Shown: in pieces, positions 49,687-59,592 of the stretch
How the letters are laid out: each line of letters opens with the position of its first letter
Position numbering within the stretch: position 1 is the first letter of the stretch
Assembly: GCA_965232515.1 (NCBI GenBank)
Contig: CBDDPY010000002.1
Coordinates: 4,160,001 to 4,224,000, forward strand
DNA length: 64,000 nucleotides
Origin: Alphaproteobacteria bacterium
GTDB taxonomy: Bacteria; Pseudomonadota; Alphaproteobacteria; GCA-2731375
Direction: 5' to 3'
Position numbers and translations under genes: made by a program
The notes under the pieces: model-generated
Told to the model about the DNA's origin: nothing
Databases searched by the model: none
What the model saw: the letters and a program-made list of their open reading frames with translations, nothing else

Positions 49687-50793
49687 ATGACGAGTAACAT
49701 CTCCCAACTCAACGGCGCAACAGCCGCCAGCAAGTCATTGCCTCTTCAGGCTGGCGCGCAATATCCATCGCTCCTGCCCCGGCAACTTAAGGTCTGGTTG
49801 CCGTATGTGCATACCGGCAGCGGCAGTGATGTCTATACCGAGCGGCTGGCCGCTGGATTGCAGGCGGCGGGCCACGAGGCCGTGCTGACGCCCGTGGACC
49901 GGCGCTGGCAATATCTGCCCTGGCGCTACATGTCGGTGCCAGAGCCGATCGATGCCGATATTACGGTCGCAAATCTAGATGCCGGATTCGCCTTCCGGCG
50001 CCCTGGCACCAAACTGGTCCTGGTCGATCATCACTGCGTCTTCGATCCGGCCTTCGCGCCTTATCGCAGCCGCAAGCAGGCGTTGGTGCACGAAACGTTG
50101 CTGCGGCACATAGATCGGAAAAGCCTGAGTGTCTGCGACGCCCTGGTGGCCGTGAGCGCCTATACGGCACGCAGCCTGCAGGCCGCGCTGGGCGGACCGG
50201 CGGCGTCGGTGATCTTGAACGGTATCGAGACGGATTACTTCAAGCCGGCCGAACCGCCACGTCGGCGCGCGCCCGACCAACCCTTCGGCCTGCTGTTCGT
50301 CGGCAATCTGAGCCGACGCAAGGGCGCCGATATGCTGCCGGCAATCATGGCGCGGCTGGGGCCGGGCTTCGAGTTGCGGTACACGCTGGGCTTGCGCTCG
50401 GACGATCCATTCGCGGATGTCGCCGGCATGCGCAAGTTGGGCCGGCTATCTCAAGACGAGTTGCTGGCGGCCTATCGGGAGGCCGACCTGTTGCTGTTTC
50501 CGTCGCGCCTCGAGGGATTTGGCTATGCCGCGGCCGAAGCCATGGCCTGCGGCACGCCGGCCGTCGTCGCAGACAGCTCGGCCCTGCCAGAGTTGATTGA
50601 CGACGGCGTTGATGGAGTGCTCTGCCCGGTCGATGACATCGATGCATTCGTCGACGCCGTCAAAAAGCTGGCCGCCGACCCGGACAGGCTGACGGACATG
50701 GGCCGCCGAGCGCGGGTGAAGGCCGTCGACAAGTTCAGCCTCGGCGCCATGACGTCGCAATACGTGAACCTGTTCGAACGGCTGTTGCGCTAA
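49687..50793 (+). CDS. GT4 glycosyltransferase
   Basis: VSAY, NGI, RRKG, EGFGYAAAEAMACG. Confidence 0.92.
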   Translation: MTSNISQLNGATAASKSLPLQAGAQYPSLLPRQLKVWLPYVHTGSGSDVYTERLAAGLQAAGHEAVLTPVDRRWQYLPWRYMSVPEPIDADITVANLDAGFAFRRPGTKLVLVDHHCVFDPAFAPYRSRKQALVHETLLRHIDRKSLSVCDALVAVSAYTARSLQAALGGPAASVILNGIETDYFKPAEPPRRRAPDQPFGLLFVGNLSRRKGADMLPAIMARLGPGFELRYTLGLRSDDPFADVAGMRKLGRLSQDELLAAYREADLLLFPSRLEGFGYAAAEAMACGTPAVVADSSALPELIDDGVDGVLCPVDDIDAFVDAVKKLAADPDRLTDMGRRARVKAVDKFSLGAMTSQYVNLFERLLR

Positions 50794-51119
50794 CCCGGGT
50801 ATCTGACCCCATCGCAGACTGCGCGGCGTCGCCGCCCTCAATCGCAGTCGCAATACGCGTTTCGGCCCGCTGGCGACGGATCTGACGCCCGCGCACCACA
50901 TTTACGGCAAAAATGGGCGATGCCGCAGATGCCGCATCGCCGTGCAGCGGGCGTCCAGATATTGCCCACGCGCCGTATCGCGGATTAACCGCCGCGGAAC
51001 CGAACTCAGAGTAGTGTCGACCATGATCCGGTGGTAAGCATTCAGGCAGCGTCATTCCGGCAACCCGGCGGCAGACCGGCAACTTCCCCGGCTTCTTATC
51101 GCCCCAGTCGAGTTCCAGC

Positions 51120-52451
51120 ATGATCGAACGAGTACGTCGCCGGCTACGCGGTGAGATCGCGCGAGGCGCAGTCGGCACCTTCGGGCTTAAGGGCGTTCAA
51201 ACCGGCCTGATGTTTGTGATCAGCCTGCTGCTCGCGCGACTGCTCGGCGCGGAGGGCTATGGCGCCTACTCCTTCGCGATGTCATGGGCGATGCTGCTGC
51301 TTGTGCCCGCCCTGTTCGGCACTCAGCCGCTTCTTATCCGGTCGATGGCCACCTACCGAAGCACGCAAGAATGGGGCTCGCTCAAAGGAATCCTGAGTTG
51401 GTCCAAGCAATGGGTGCTGGTGGCGTCGCTCGTCATAACAGGCGCAGCATCGCTGACCTTCTGGATCATCGCCGACCGTCTTGAGCCGGGACTGGCGATA
51501 ACCACCGTTGTCGCTTTGGCAATGGTGCCGCTGACGGCGCGGCAGCGTGTCCTGCAAGCGGCAATGCAAGGACTTCAGCATGTCGTCAAAAGCCAGGTTC
51601 CGGAGATGCTCATTCGGCCGACGCTGTTTGCCTTGCTCCTGGCCGTTGGATTTTCGTTCGCCGGCGATTGGATGTCTGCGTCCGTGGCGGCCGCTCTTCG
51701 AACGGCCGCGGCGGCCGTCGCGCTCGTTGTGACCGTTGTCGCCTATCGGCGGGTTTTACCCGCTGACATCCACAACGTCCCGGCGCGGCAGAGGGGGAAG
51801 ACCTGGATAACTACAGCGCTGCCGCTTCTCTGGATCAACGGGATCACCGTGTTCAATGCCCAGATCGGCATTATCCTGGTGGGTATCCTGAAAGGCGTCG
51901 AGTTTACCGGGATCTACAACATCGCTTTCGTGATTTCCGGCTTAATCGGCTTCGCCTTGGTGTCCATAAATGCACCGTTGGGCCCAATGAGCTCGAGGCT
52001 TCACGCCGAGGACAATCTGACGAAGCTTCAGAGCCTGACCACCAAGGGAGCCCGTACCGCTTTCCTGATTGCGGCCGTGCTGACGATTGCTTTTGCCATT
52101 GCCGGTAAGTGGCTGCTGTCGATCGTCGGACCGGAGTTCGTCTCCGGCTACGACGCGCTGCTGGTACTGGCGATCGGACAAATTGTCGTCGCGGGCCTGG
52201 GCTCGGCAGGCGTTCTGCTTGTCATGACCGGCGATCAGGACGGCGTCGCCATCGTCGGTACGGTCGGAATGGCGGTGAGTTTCTCGCTCTATATGCTGCT
52301 GATCCCCCGCTACGGGATCGACGGCGCGGCGATGGCCGCCGTGTCCGGCAGCTGCTTTACCGCCACGATACTTTGCTTTCGCCTGCATCGCCGCCTTGGC
52401 ATCGACTCGACCGTCCTCGGCTTTTATCGCCGCCATCTGCACAGGGCGTAA
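51120..52451 (+). CDS. Wzx-type flippase (copy 2)
   Basis: Near-identical N-terminus to copy 1 (MIERVRRxLRGEIARGA.GTFGLKG); about 12 TM. Confidence 0.88.
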   Translation: MIERVRRRLRGEIARGAVGTFGLKGVQTGLMFVISLLLARLLGAEGYGAYSFAMSWAMLLLVPALFGTQPLLIRSMATYRSTQEWGSLKGILSWSKQWVLVASLVITGAASLTFWIIADRLEPGLAITTVVALAMVPLTARQRVLQAAMQGLQHVVKSQVPEMLIRPTLFALLLAVGFSFAGDWMSASVAAALRTAAAAVALVVTVVAYRRVLPADIHNVPARQRGKTWITTALPLLWINGITVFNAQIGIILVGILKGVEFTGIYNIAFVISGLIGFALVSINAPLGPMSSRLHAEDNLTKLQSLTTKGARTAFLIAAVLTIAFAIAGKWLLSIVGPEFVSGYDALLVLAIGQIVVAGLGSAGVLLVMTGDQDGVAIVGTVGMAVSFSLYMLLIPRYGIDGAAMAAVSGSCFTATILCFRLHRRLGIDSTVLGFYRRHLHRA

Positions 52452-52567
52452 TCAAGAGTCCAAACGACACGGAAATGCCGACGCATGGATCAAGTCTTGA
52501 CCGGAACAGCGACAGATCTGGTTTGAACGACATATCTGCATGCTAAACCTTAGGGCGTCATACAATT

Positions 52568-53530
52568 ATGCAGAAAAATTCCGCTATAAAATATTTATCC
52601 GACAAACTGAACTCTACGCTTTCGAGCGCCATCTCAAATAATGAAAAGATATTCTATTTCGATTATCCGGTACATGAGAATCTGGGCGATTTATTGATAT
52701 ATCTCGGGACCGTCCGCTGGTTCGAAAAAGTAGAACTCGAAGTTGGCGGAAGTTGGAACTACAAGAACTTCACCTACCCGGAATTACCTAAGAGTCATAC
52801 AATTGTTTGCCATGGCGGCGGCAATTTCGGCGATCTATACGCCTATCAGAATTTTCGCGAGTCGTTGGTAACGTCCTATCCAGACAACAAAATCGTCATG
52901 CTCCCTCAAAGTCTGCATTTCGAAAAACCCGAGAACCTGGCGAAGACATCAGAGATATTGAACGCCCACCGTGATCTGCATTTGTTTTTCCGGGACACGG
53001 AAAGCCTGGACATCGCTCGCAGCCGCTTCGAGGCCCGCACCATCGACCTTGCGCCGGATATGGCATACTTCCTCCAGGATGATCTCGGCGCAATCCGGTC
53101 GGGCGACGGCGGCGCGCGGCGGTACAAGACCGTCTACCTGCTTCGCAAGGACATAGAAGCATCGGGCCAAACCATCGAACCGGATCCCGAACGATCATGG
53201 ACGGGCGACTGGGATGACGCGCTCGGGGGCTACGTGCCGTTCATCCGCGCGATCAGAAGAGTCAACGGCCGCCTCGGAAAGCACATGCCGGCCGGCTTGT
53301 TCGAGCGCGCCTGGCGCGCGACCGCCTGGCGTTTGGCGCTGAGATCCGCCGGATTGTTCAGGGATGCGGAAAGAGTTGTCACGTCAAGACTTCACGGTCA
53401 TATTCTGGCAAACTTGATGGGCGTGCCAAATATGTTGATAGATAACAGCTATGGAAAAAACAGAAAATATTTTGAAACTTGGCACAAAAACATGAATTTG
53501 GGCGAGTTATACGAACGAAAAAATCAATAG
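52568..53530 (+). CDS. Polysaccharide pyruvyl transferase, copy 2
   Basis: NLGDLLI, GGGNFGDLY, LPQS, TSRLHGHI, DNSYGK. Confidence 0.9.
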   Translation: MQKNSAIKYLSDKLNSTLSSAISNNEKIFYFDYPVHENLGDLLIYLGTVRWFEKVELEVGGSWNYKNFTYPELPKSHTIVCHGGGNFGDLYAYQNFRESLVTSYPDNKIVMLPQSLHFEKPENLAKTSEILNAHRDLHLFFRDTESLDIARSRFEARTIDLAPDMAYFLQDDLGAIRSGDGGARRYKTVYLLRKDIEASGQTIEPDPERSWTGDWDDALGGYVPFIRAIRRVNGRLGKHMPAGLFERAWRATAWRLALRSAGLFRDAERVVTSRLHGHILANLMGVPNMLIDNSYGKNRKYFETWHKNMNLGELYERKNQ

Positions 53531-53603
53531 AAACAGAAATCGAAAGCCAAAATAACCGCGAACAACATCAATATCCTGCACATGGGCCGCGCCGCGTGGA
53601 AAA

Positions 53604-54314
53604 ATGATCAAAGAGTTAATACGAAAATCCCGGCGTCGTTATCTTTACATGATGTTGCCGCGTATCGCCAAGAACGTCCTGAAAGACAAACTCACATATC
53701 TTTCACCGGCGAAGTTCCACAGCCTTTATTCGACGCTGGACAGCGTGCAGCAGAAAAACGTGGCCGGGGATTTTCTGGAGTTCGGCATCGCGTTGGGCGG
53801 TTCGGCCATCTGTCTCGCATCGGCGCTGGACGGCGACAGACGCTTTCACGGATATGACGTCTTCGACACTATACCGCCGCCAAGCGATCGGGACGACGAC
53901 GATTCGAAAACGCGCTACGACCAGATTCAGGCGGGAAAATCAGAGGGCATCAAAGGCGATCGCTATTACGGCTACGAGGACGATCTCTTCCTCAAGGTCA
54001 GCGACAACTTTCGGAAGTTCGGCCTGTCCGTCGACGGCGAACGGATCGTCCTTCACAAGGGACTGTTTCAGAATACGGTGCGCTTCGCCGACGACGACCG
54101 GATCGCCCTCGCGCACATCGATTGCGACTGGCACGATCCCGTCGCCTTTTGCCTGGACGCGGTATCGGCAAAACTCAGCGCCGGCGGCTTTATGATTATC
54201 GACGACTACAACGACTATCGAGGCTGCAAAACGGCGACCGACAAATTCGTCGAAACGAATGCCGGGTTCGACCTCATCAAAACCGAGCCTCATGCCGTGA
54301 TTCGCAAACGCTAG
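53604..54314 (+). CDS. TylF/MycF/NovP family O-methyltransferase
   Basis: GDFLEFG..GGS, KGLF, HIDCDW, IIDDY. Confidence 0.88.
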   Translation: MIKELIRKSRRRYLYMMLPRIAKNVLKDKLTYLSPAKFHSLYSTLDSVQQKNVAGDFLEFGIALGGSAICLASALDGDRRFHGYDVFDTIPPPSDRDDDDSKTRYDQIQAGKSEGIKGDRYYGYEDDLFLKVSDNFRKFGLSVDGERIVLHKGLFQNTVRFADDDRIALAHIDCDWHDPVAFCLDAVSAKLSAGGFMIIDDYNDYRGCKTATDKFVETNAGFDLIKTEPHAVIRKR

Positions 54315-54652
54315 AGTGACGTCACCAGCCTCTGCGACCGTTCGACCGATGCCCGCGAATTAGACCGATCTGGCGAGCCAGCGACGCCGCACGGCCATGC
54401 ACCGCATGACGCCCGACGTCGAACCGACCGAGCATGGCCGGAAAAACCGTTGGGCGAAAAAGTGTGGACCGGGTTATGTCTAAACGGGTCTAGTGTTTGA
54501 GTGAACTGTATTTCAAGCAATGGCAGATCACCGGCTGTAAGGCGTGTTCTGGCGCTGGAGAAGGAATGCAATCAGCTTGACGGAGGAAGGACATAGTTCT
54601 TTGGCCGAATTATAGGGCCGGCCGCTAACTTTCGATCAACCGACTTCGGGGC

Positions 54653-55594
54653 ATGGATATGAATTTATTGTTGGGTCGCATAGCAAATCTGGTACTCGTT
54701 CTACCCATTCAACACTCAAGGTTATTAAAATGGATGCTTCTTTCCTTATCCAGGCGTGTATTCAGACAAGTTGTAGATCCCTATAGCGCGCTTAAGGCCA
54801 ACTTTATTGAAGACGGTGATCGATCGACGTTCGATCGTGACGTTCGCATGGAAATCGTGAAGCGATTTGAGGCAATCGACAGAGGTGTCAACGTTGCATC
54901 GAATCCTTCAGACGGCTTGTTTCTGGCTCAAGCCATGTTGTCCCTTGATGGTCCTGGCTCGGTGATTGAGTGTGGATGCTTCGCCGGAGGCAGCACGGCC
55001 AAGCTCTCAATTCTTGCAAAGCTGACCGGGCGAGAACTTGTTGTATTCGATAGCTTCGAGGGATTGCCCGAGGTCGACTCATGGAACGAGGACGATCTGC
55101 ACGTCCGTCAGGGGAGCGAAACCGGGTCAAAATGGAAAAGCGGGGAATACAACGCGACGCTCGAACATGTGTCGGGGAATGTGAAGAAATTCGGCGAGAT
55201 CGAGGCATGTCGTTTCGTTCGGGGTTGGTTCAGCGATACGCTTATTGAAGAGAACCTACCGAACCAGATTGCATTTGCATTTACGGATGTTGACCTCGTC
55301 TCTTCCGCCCGCGATTGCTTGTTGGCGATTTGGCCGCGTCTTTCGGACGGCGCCGTCTATTTTACGCATGACGTAGCTTTCCTCAAAGTTTTGCAAGCAC
55401 TTACAGATCCCGAGGTCTGGCAGTCCTTCCGCGAGCCGCAGCCCGTTATTTTTGGCGCAGGCTACGGGCTCAGCGATGCCTCCCCCCATTTGGGCATGAT
55501 GATCAAGGGTGACCTGACGCCGGATTACCTTGAAAAGATCACCCTGAAGGTTTTTACCCACACAGTGGCGTTTGAGAAGCATGTGAACGGTTAG
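54653..55594 (+). CDS. TylF/MycF family O-methyltransferase
   Basis: ECGCFAGGS, FDSFEGLP, GWFSDTL, DVDL, HD. Confidence 0.85.
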   Translation: MDMNLLLGRIANLVLVLPIQHSRLLKWMLLSLSRRVFRQVVDPYSALKANFIEDGDRSTFDRDVRMEIVKRFEAIDRGVNVASNPSDGLFLAQAMLSLDGPGSVIECGCFAGGSTAKLSILAKLTGRELVVFDSFEGLPEVDSWNEDDLHVRQGSETGSKWKSGEYNATLEHVSGNVKKFGEIEACRFVRGWFSDTLIEENLPNQIAFAFTDVDLVSSARDCLLAIWPRLSDGAVYFTHDVAFLKVLQALTDPEVWQSFREPQPVIFGAGYGLSDASPHLGMMIKGDLTPDYLEKITLKVFTHTVAFEKHVNG

Positions 55595-55699
55595 CGCGCG
55601 GACCGCATGTCACCGAAATGCAAGCGTTCACCGGCGTGGGCAGCGTGCCAAAGCCGATCCGGACCGGCCACTTGCCGGCGTCACATGGGCAATCGCATG

Positions 55700-56911
55700 T
55701 CAGCGCCTCGATCGAACGGCGAAACGAACCAGCCGGCGGGCAATACGTCTTAGCGGACCGATAAACCTGTATTTCAACAACAACAGTCGGACCCGCCTGA
55801 ACGCTGGCGCGGACCGGCCATGCGCCTTTGCGTGATCAAGCAGCGACCGCAGCTCTTGGGCCTGGGCGTCCTGCCTGATCTTTATGCGGCTCAGGTCACG
55901 AATATCGAGCGCCGTTTCAAAGCACGGCGCTTCCTGGGCGCCAGCAGCGAGGAAATTCAGTTGCGTGCGCAGGCATTTTTCGCACTTGCCGCAATTTCGG
56001 TCCTGTCGTTTTCCCTCCCAGCAGACCTTGAGACTTCGGCAGGCCTGTTCATCCCGAAGCAACTGTTCGATCTTGTCCGTCCGTGAGAACCCGGCGCCGT
56101 CGTGGACGATGGTAAAGTTGTCTCCGGATAGCAGGTGGTCGGTGGCAGGATTCGAGCCCCATGGGAGGACCAACCCGTCATAGGGTTCTGAACTGCCCGC
56201 CAAACCGAATTCGTAGGCGTGCGCGTACTGATGGAGGCAGGCCGACAATTGCGGCAGAAATGAATCTTCCCACTTCTGCAGCCCTAGCTCTTTTATGTTT
56301 GTGCGAACGACGTGAAGCTCGAGACCCAACCTGTCAATGAGCGGCTCGCAGCGTTTGACTAACGATCTGAAGTCGCTGGCGTTGTCCAACTCGACGTCGA
56401 AGCCATGCACAACCAGCACGGCTGCAAGGTCGTAGGACTGGTTGCCAAGCCATCGACGGGCATGCCGCAGGGCCGTAAACGTTCCGTCGACGCCCCCAGA
56501 AAACGCCGAGATCGCCGTTCGGCTTCGGCGTTCGGGACTCGGATCGACGATTGCGTCGGGGACAACGTCAATCGGCTGATAGACATCCGGACGCCACATA
56601 TGCCAGGCGGCCTGGAACTCGGCGAGGTTCTGCATCGCGCGACGCGACATGGGTCCCCGCACCCGTAATGTGCGCGCCTGTCGCATGGCGTGCAGCACGA
56701 TGCCGAAGACGAAACCATCCAGCACCAGCGGTTCCGGTGCGTCTGGCATGTCAAAGCACTCGAAGTCGATATCCACCCGCCCGCCCGCATTGACGGCACT
56801 CGGGCCTTCGAGCGTCATGCGACGAACGGTTGTCCGTTCGCGCTGCGATTGGGAAACATGCAATGTCAGATCTTGCAACGGCGACTCCACGCTAAACGAT
56901 TGGCACGCCAC
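55700..56911 (-). CDS. PP-loop QueC-like protein, copy 2 (start uncertain)
   Basis: AFSGGVDG, VHGFD, PWGSNP, RTDK, VCW..NCGKCEKCLRT. Confidence 0.7.
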   Translation of the reverse strand: MACQSFSVESPLQDLTLHVSQSQRERTTVRRMTLEGPSAVNAGGRVDIDFECFDMPDAPEPLVLDGFVFGIVLHAMRQARTLRVRGPMSRRAMQNLAEFQAAWHMWRPDVYQPIDVVPDAIVDPSPERRSRTAISAFSGGVDGTFTALRHARRWLGNQSYDLAAVLVVHGFDVELDNASDFRSLVKRCEPLIDRLGLELHVVRTNIKELGLQKWEDSFLPQLSACLHQYAHAYEFGLAGSSEPYDGLVLPWGSNPATDHLLSGDNFTIVHDGAGFSRTDKIEQLLRDEQACRSLKVCWEGKRQDRNCGKCEKCLRTQLNFLAAGAQEAPCFETALDIRDLSRIKIRQDAQAQELRSLLDHAKAHGRSAPAFRRVRLLLLKYRFIGPLRRIARRLVRFAVRSRR

Positions 56912-56981
56912 AGCGGCTCGTGAACAGGAAGAATGCCAGAGGTAAGAACCGGTCGGGCATCCGCCTGCCGCTATGGCGCTC

Positions 56982-58055
56982 CTAAGCCGAACTCCGCAAT
57001 CTCATCCAGGCCGCCGACCAGAGGTACCGCCGCAGCCGAAACAGAACTCGAAGCAATAAAAAGAGCTTCCGCCTGGCCTCGCCGCTTCGCACGATCACGC
57101 TGTAAAGCGTGACGCCGGCCTGCGCGGACACGGCGGCCAGATCGCGCGGACTGAGGCGGTGTCGGCGATCCGAGATGAAGCTTTCATAAAGCAGATCGAC
57201 GGCGGTCGCGCACGTGTCCGCTCCCCGCCAGGACAGGGGCTGTGAACGAGGATTGAGGTGTATGTCGAGCAGCTGCTCGAACTTTTCACGATGTATCTCG
57301 AGCGCCGGAAACTGCCGCTCGATGTTGGCGATGGCCAATCTCTTGTGGGTTTCGGTCTGCTCCGCGCGCCTGGCAACGCCAATGGCATCGTCGTGCCGTC
57401 GCCAAAGCACCAAGGCGCCCGGCAGCCGGGCGGCGGCGCCAAGCTCGGTCATCCGGATCCACATATCGTAATCCTCGGCTGACTTCGCCGAGTCGTCGTA
57501 TCTCAAGCCGTGCTCGCGCACGAGAGCGGCCCGGAACATCGCGCTGGGATGCAAAATGGGCGACCAGAAAAGCAGCTGCCAGCGAAACTGAGCCGGCGAC
57601 AGCGGTCGCGTCGCCTTCGCCAAGCTGCGCGCATCGTGGCCAGACCGCGCATTGCCGGCGCCGACGAGAACGACATCGGGATGGGCATCGAAATAGGCCA
57701 TTTGACGCGCCAGGCGGTCAGGAAGCGCAATATCGTCCGCGTCCATCCGGGCGATAAACCGCCCACGCGCCACCTCCAGGCCGATATTGAGCGTTTGCGT
57801 GAGCCCCAGGTTGCGCGGGTTTGGGAGCAGCCTTATGCGTCGATCGTCATAGCCCCTTAAGATCTCGGCTGTCCGATCTGTCGAGCCGTCGTCAATGATG
57901 ATGAACTCGAAGTCGGAGAAGCTCTGGCCGAGGATGCTCTCGACGGCCTCGGCCAGAAAGCGCTCGCCGTTAAACACCGGCAAGATGACGCTGATGGCCG
58001 GCGGAGCCGGTTTCGCATCCGTCTCTGCAAGCTGTGATCCACGCTGATCCGGCAT
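56982..58055 (-). CDS. GT2 glycosyltransferase (close paralog of 34648-35775)
   Basis: NGERFLAEAVESILGQS, RMDADD, FWSPILHPSAMFRA. Confidence 0.92.
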   Translation of the reverse strand: MPDQRGSQLAETDAKPAPPAISVILPVFNGERFLAEAVESILGQSFSDFEFIIIDDGSTDRTAEILRGYDDRRIRLLPNPRNLGLTQTLNIGLEVARGRFIARMDADDIALPDRLARQMAYFDAHPDVVLVGAGNARSGHDARSLAKATRPLSPAQFRWQLLFWSPILHPSAMFRAALVREHGLRYDDSAKSAEDYDMWIRMTELGAAARLPGALVLWRRHDDAIGVARRAEQTETHKRLAIANIERQFPALEIHREKFEQLLDIHLNPRSQPLSWRGADTCATAVDLLYESFISDRRHRLSPRDLAAVSAQAGVTLYSVIVRSGEARRKLFLLLRVLFRLRRYLWSAAWMRLRSSA

Positions 58056-58159
58056 TCGCTACGACACTCCAAACGACGGGTCTTGCTCACGGGTGGGCAT
58101 GGCCGGTGTCGTGAAACAGCTTCTTATCGGTGACAGTTTCAATCCCGGCAACACAGGGG

Positions 58160-59320
58160 TTATGTCCCGCGCATCACCCCGCGTGGCTGGTTGGCGTCCC
58201 GCGCCATGACCTCGGCGACGAATGCCGCCAAAGCCCGGCGGTGTGATCGCAGATCGAAGTGTGACGCAACGTCGGCCGCGACATGCGACGCGCGCAGCGC
58301 CGTCGCCTTCTCGGACGACAGAAACGATACCCATTCATCCGCTGTATCAAGAAACACAAGGCCGGGCGTTTCCGGCAGCACCAAACCGCGGCCAGCAAAG
58401 CTTGTCGCCAAGGTCGGCATACCGTTAAAGAGCCCCTCGGCGAGTTTCACATTCACGCCCGAACCCGAAAAAATCGGACATATCATGATGTCGGAGATCT
58501 TCCAAACATCCTGAATATCTTCCACGAACCCATGGGCGACAACGCGCCGATCCGAGAATTTCAGCTTGTCGCTGCGCAGACCAAACAGGTGTACTCGGAC
58601 GTTGTCCGGCAAACCAGGCAGAACCTTGTCGACGAACCAGGCCAGACCTTCGCGGTTTGGCCACCAACTAAGCTTCGAAACATAACCAAGGTCCAGCGTC
58701 TGCTTGTCGACGGGTGGTGGCCGCTCGAAAGGAACATAGTCAAACATTGGCGGTACGCAAATAATGGGATATCCGGAAGAGTTCTCTCGAATGAATTTCA
58801 TGTCATCTGTAGAAATCGTTATGACACCGTCGACGTTTTTGAATGCCGAGCATTCGAAGTTCTGAAACTTGCGTAGATTCGATTCAAAATACGAGCCCAG
58901 AATTGGAACTTTCTCCCTAAATTTTTTCGTTCGCTCAGCATAAATATGATGCTCTATGTTGTGCGCGATCAAAATCTTCGGCACTTCTGGCGGCAATTGA
59001 TCCAACAACCAGAGGGTCGCGCCATAGTTGATCAATATTAGATCTATCTCGTTATGAGAAAGAAATTCAGATAATTCTAAAGAGAACTTTTTCGATCTTT
59101 CGTAAAGAACAAATGCCGGAATCTCCGACAACAGCGACCTGCCCGCCGAAAAAATCCTTGTAATTCTTTGAGACCCACAGATCAAACCATCGGATTTCAA
59201 ATACTTAATTTCAGCACACAACGGATTGCCACGAAATGCTTCGAGAACGCCCTTAGAGTACGCGGCACCGCCACCCTTTTGATTATCGAGATCAATTGTC
59301 GATAGACAAAGAACCCTCAT
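58160..59320 (-). CDS. GT4 glycosyltransferase, copy 2 (paralog of 44815-45942)
   Basis: MRVLCLSTIDL..QKGGGAAYS, WPNREGL, PIFSGSGVNVKLAE. Confidence 0.87.
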   Translation of the reverse strand: MRVLCLSTIDLDNQKGGGAAYSKGVLEAFRGNPLCAEIKYLKSDGLICGSQRITRIFSAGRSLLSEIPAFVLYERSKKFSLELSEFLSHNEIDLILINYGATLWLLDQLPPEVPKILIAHNIEHHIYAERTKKFREKVPILGSYFESNLRKFQNFECSAFKNVDGVITISTDDMKFIRENSSGYPIICVPPMFDYVPFERPPPVDKQTLDLGYVSKLSWWPNREGLAWFVDKVLPGLPDNVRVHLFGLRSDKLKFSDRRVVAHGFVEDIQDVWKISDIMICPIFSGSGVNVKLAEGLFNGMPTLATSFAGRGLVLPETPGLVFLDTADEWVSFLSSEKATALRASHVAADVASHFDLRSHRRALAAFVAEVMARDANQPRGVMRGT

Positions 59321-59592
59321 CCAATACTTCCCCAACTTTCTTGACGATCCAAGATGATGTGAGCTGCAAGCCCCGCACACTCGGACAAATGGTTTGATAT
59401 TTTGTCAACTATCGCGAGCAATGATAAGCCAAGCTCGCAAATGTTCAATCCGTCAAGACTGCGGCCAGCCAATCGTCAGTCGGGATCGTGCAAACTCGGC
59501 GCCCCTAAACGTCATCGACGCCATCGACGCCTTCGCCGCCGGCACAAGGGCGCCGTCCGTCGATCCCGACCGGCGGGCCGAATTGGACCGCG

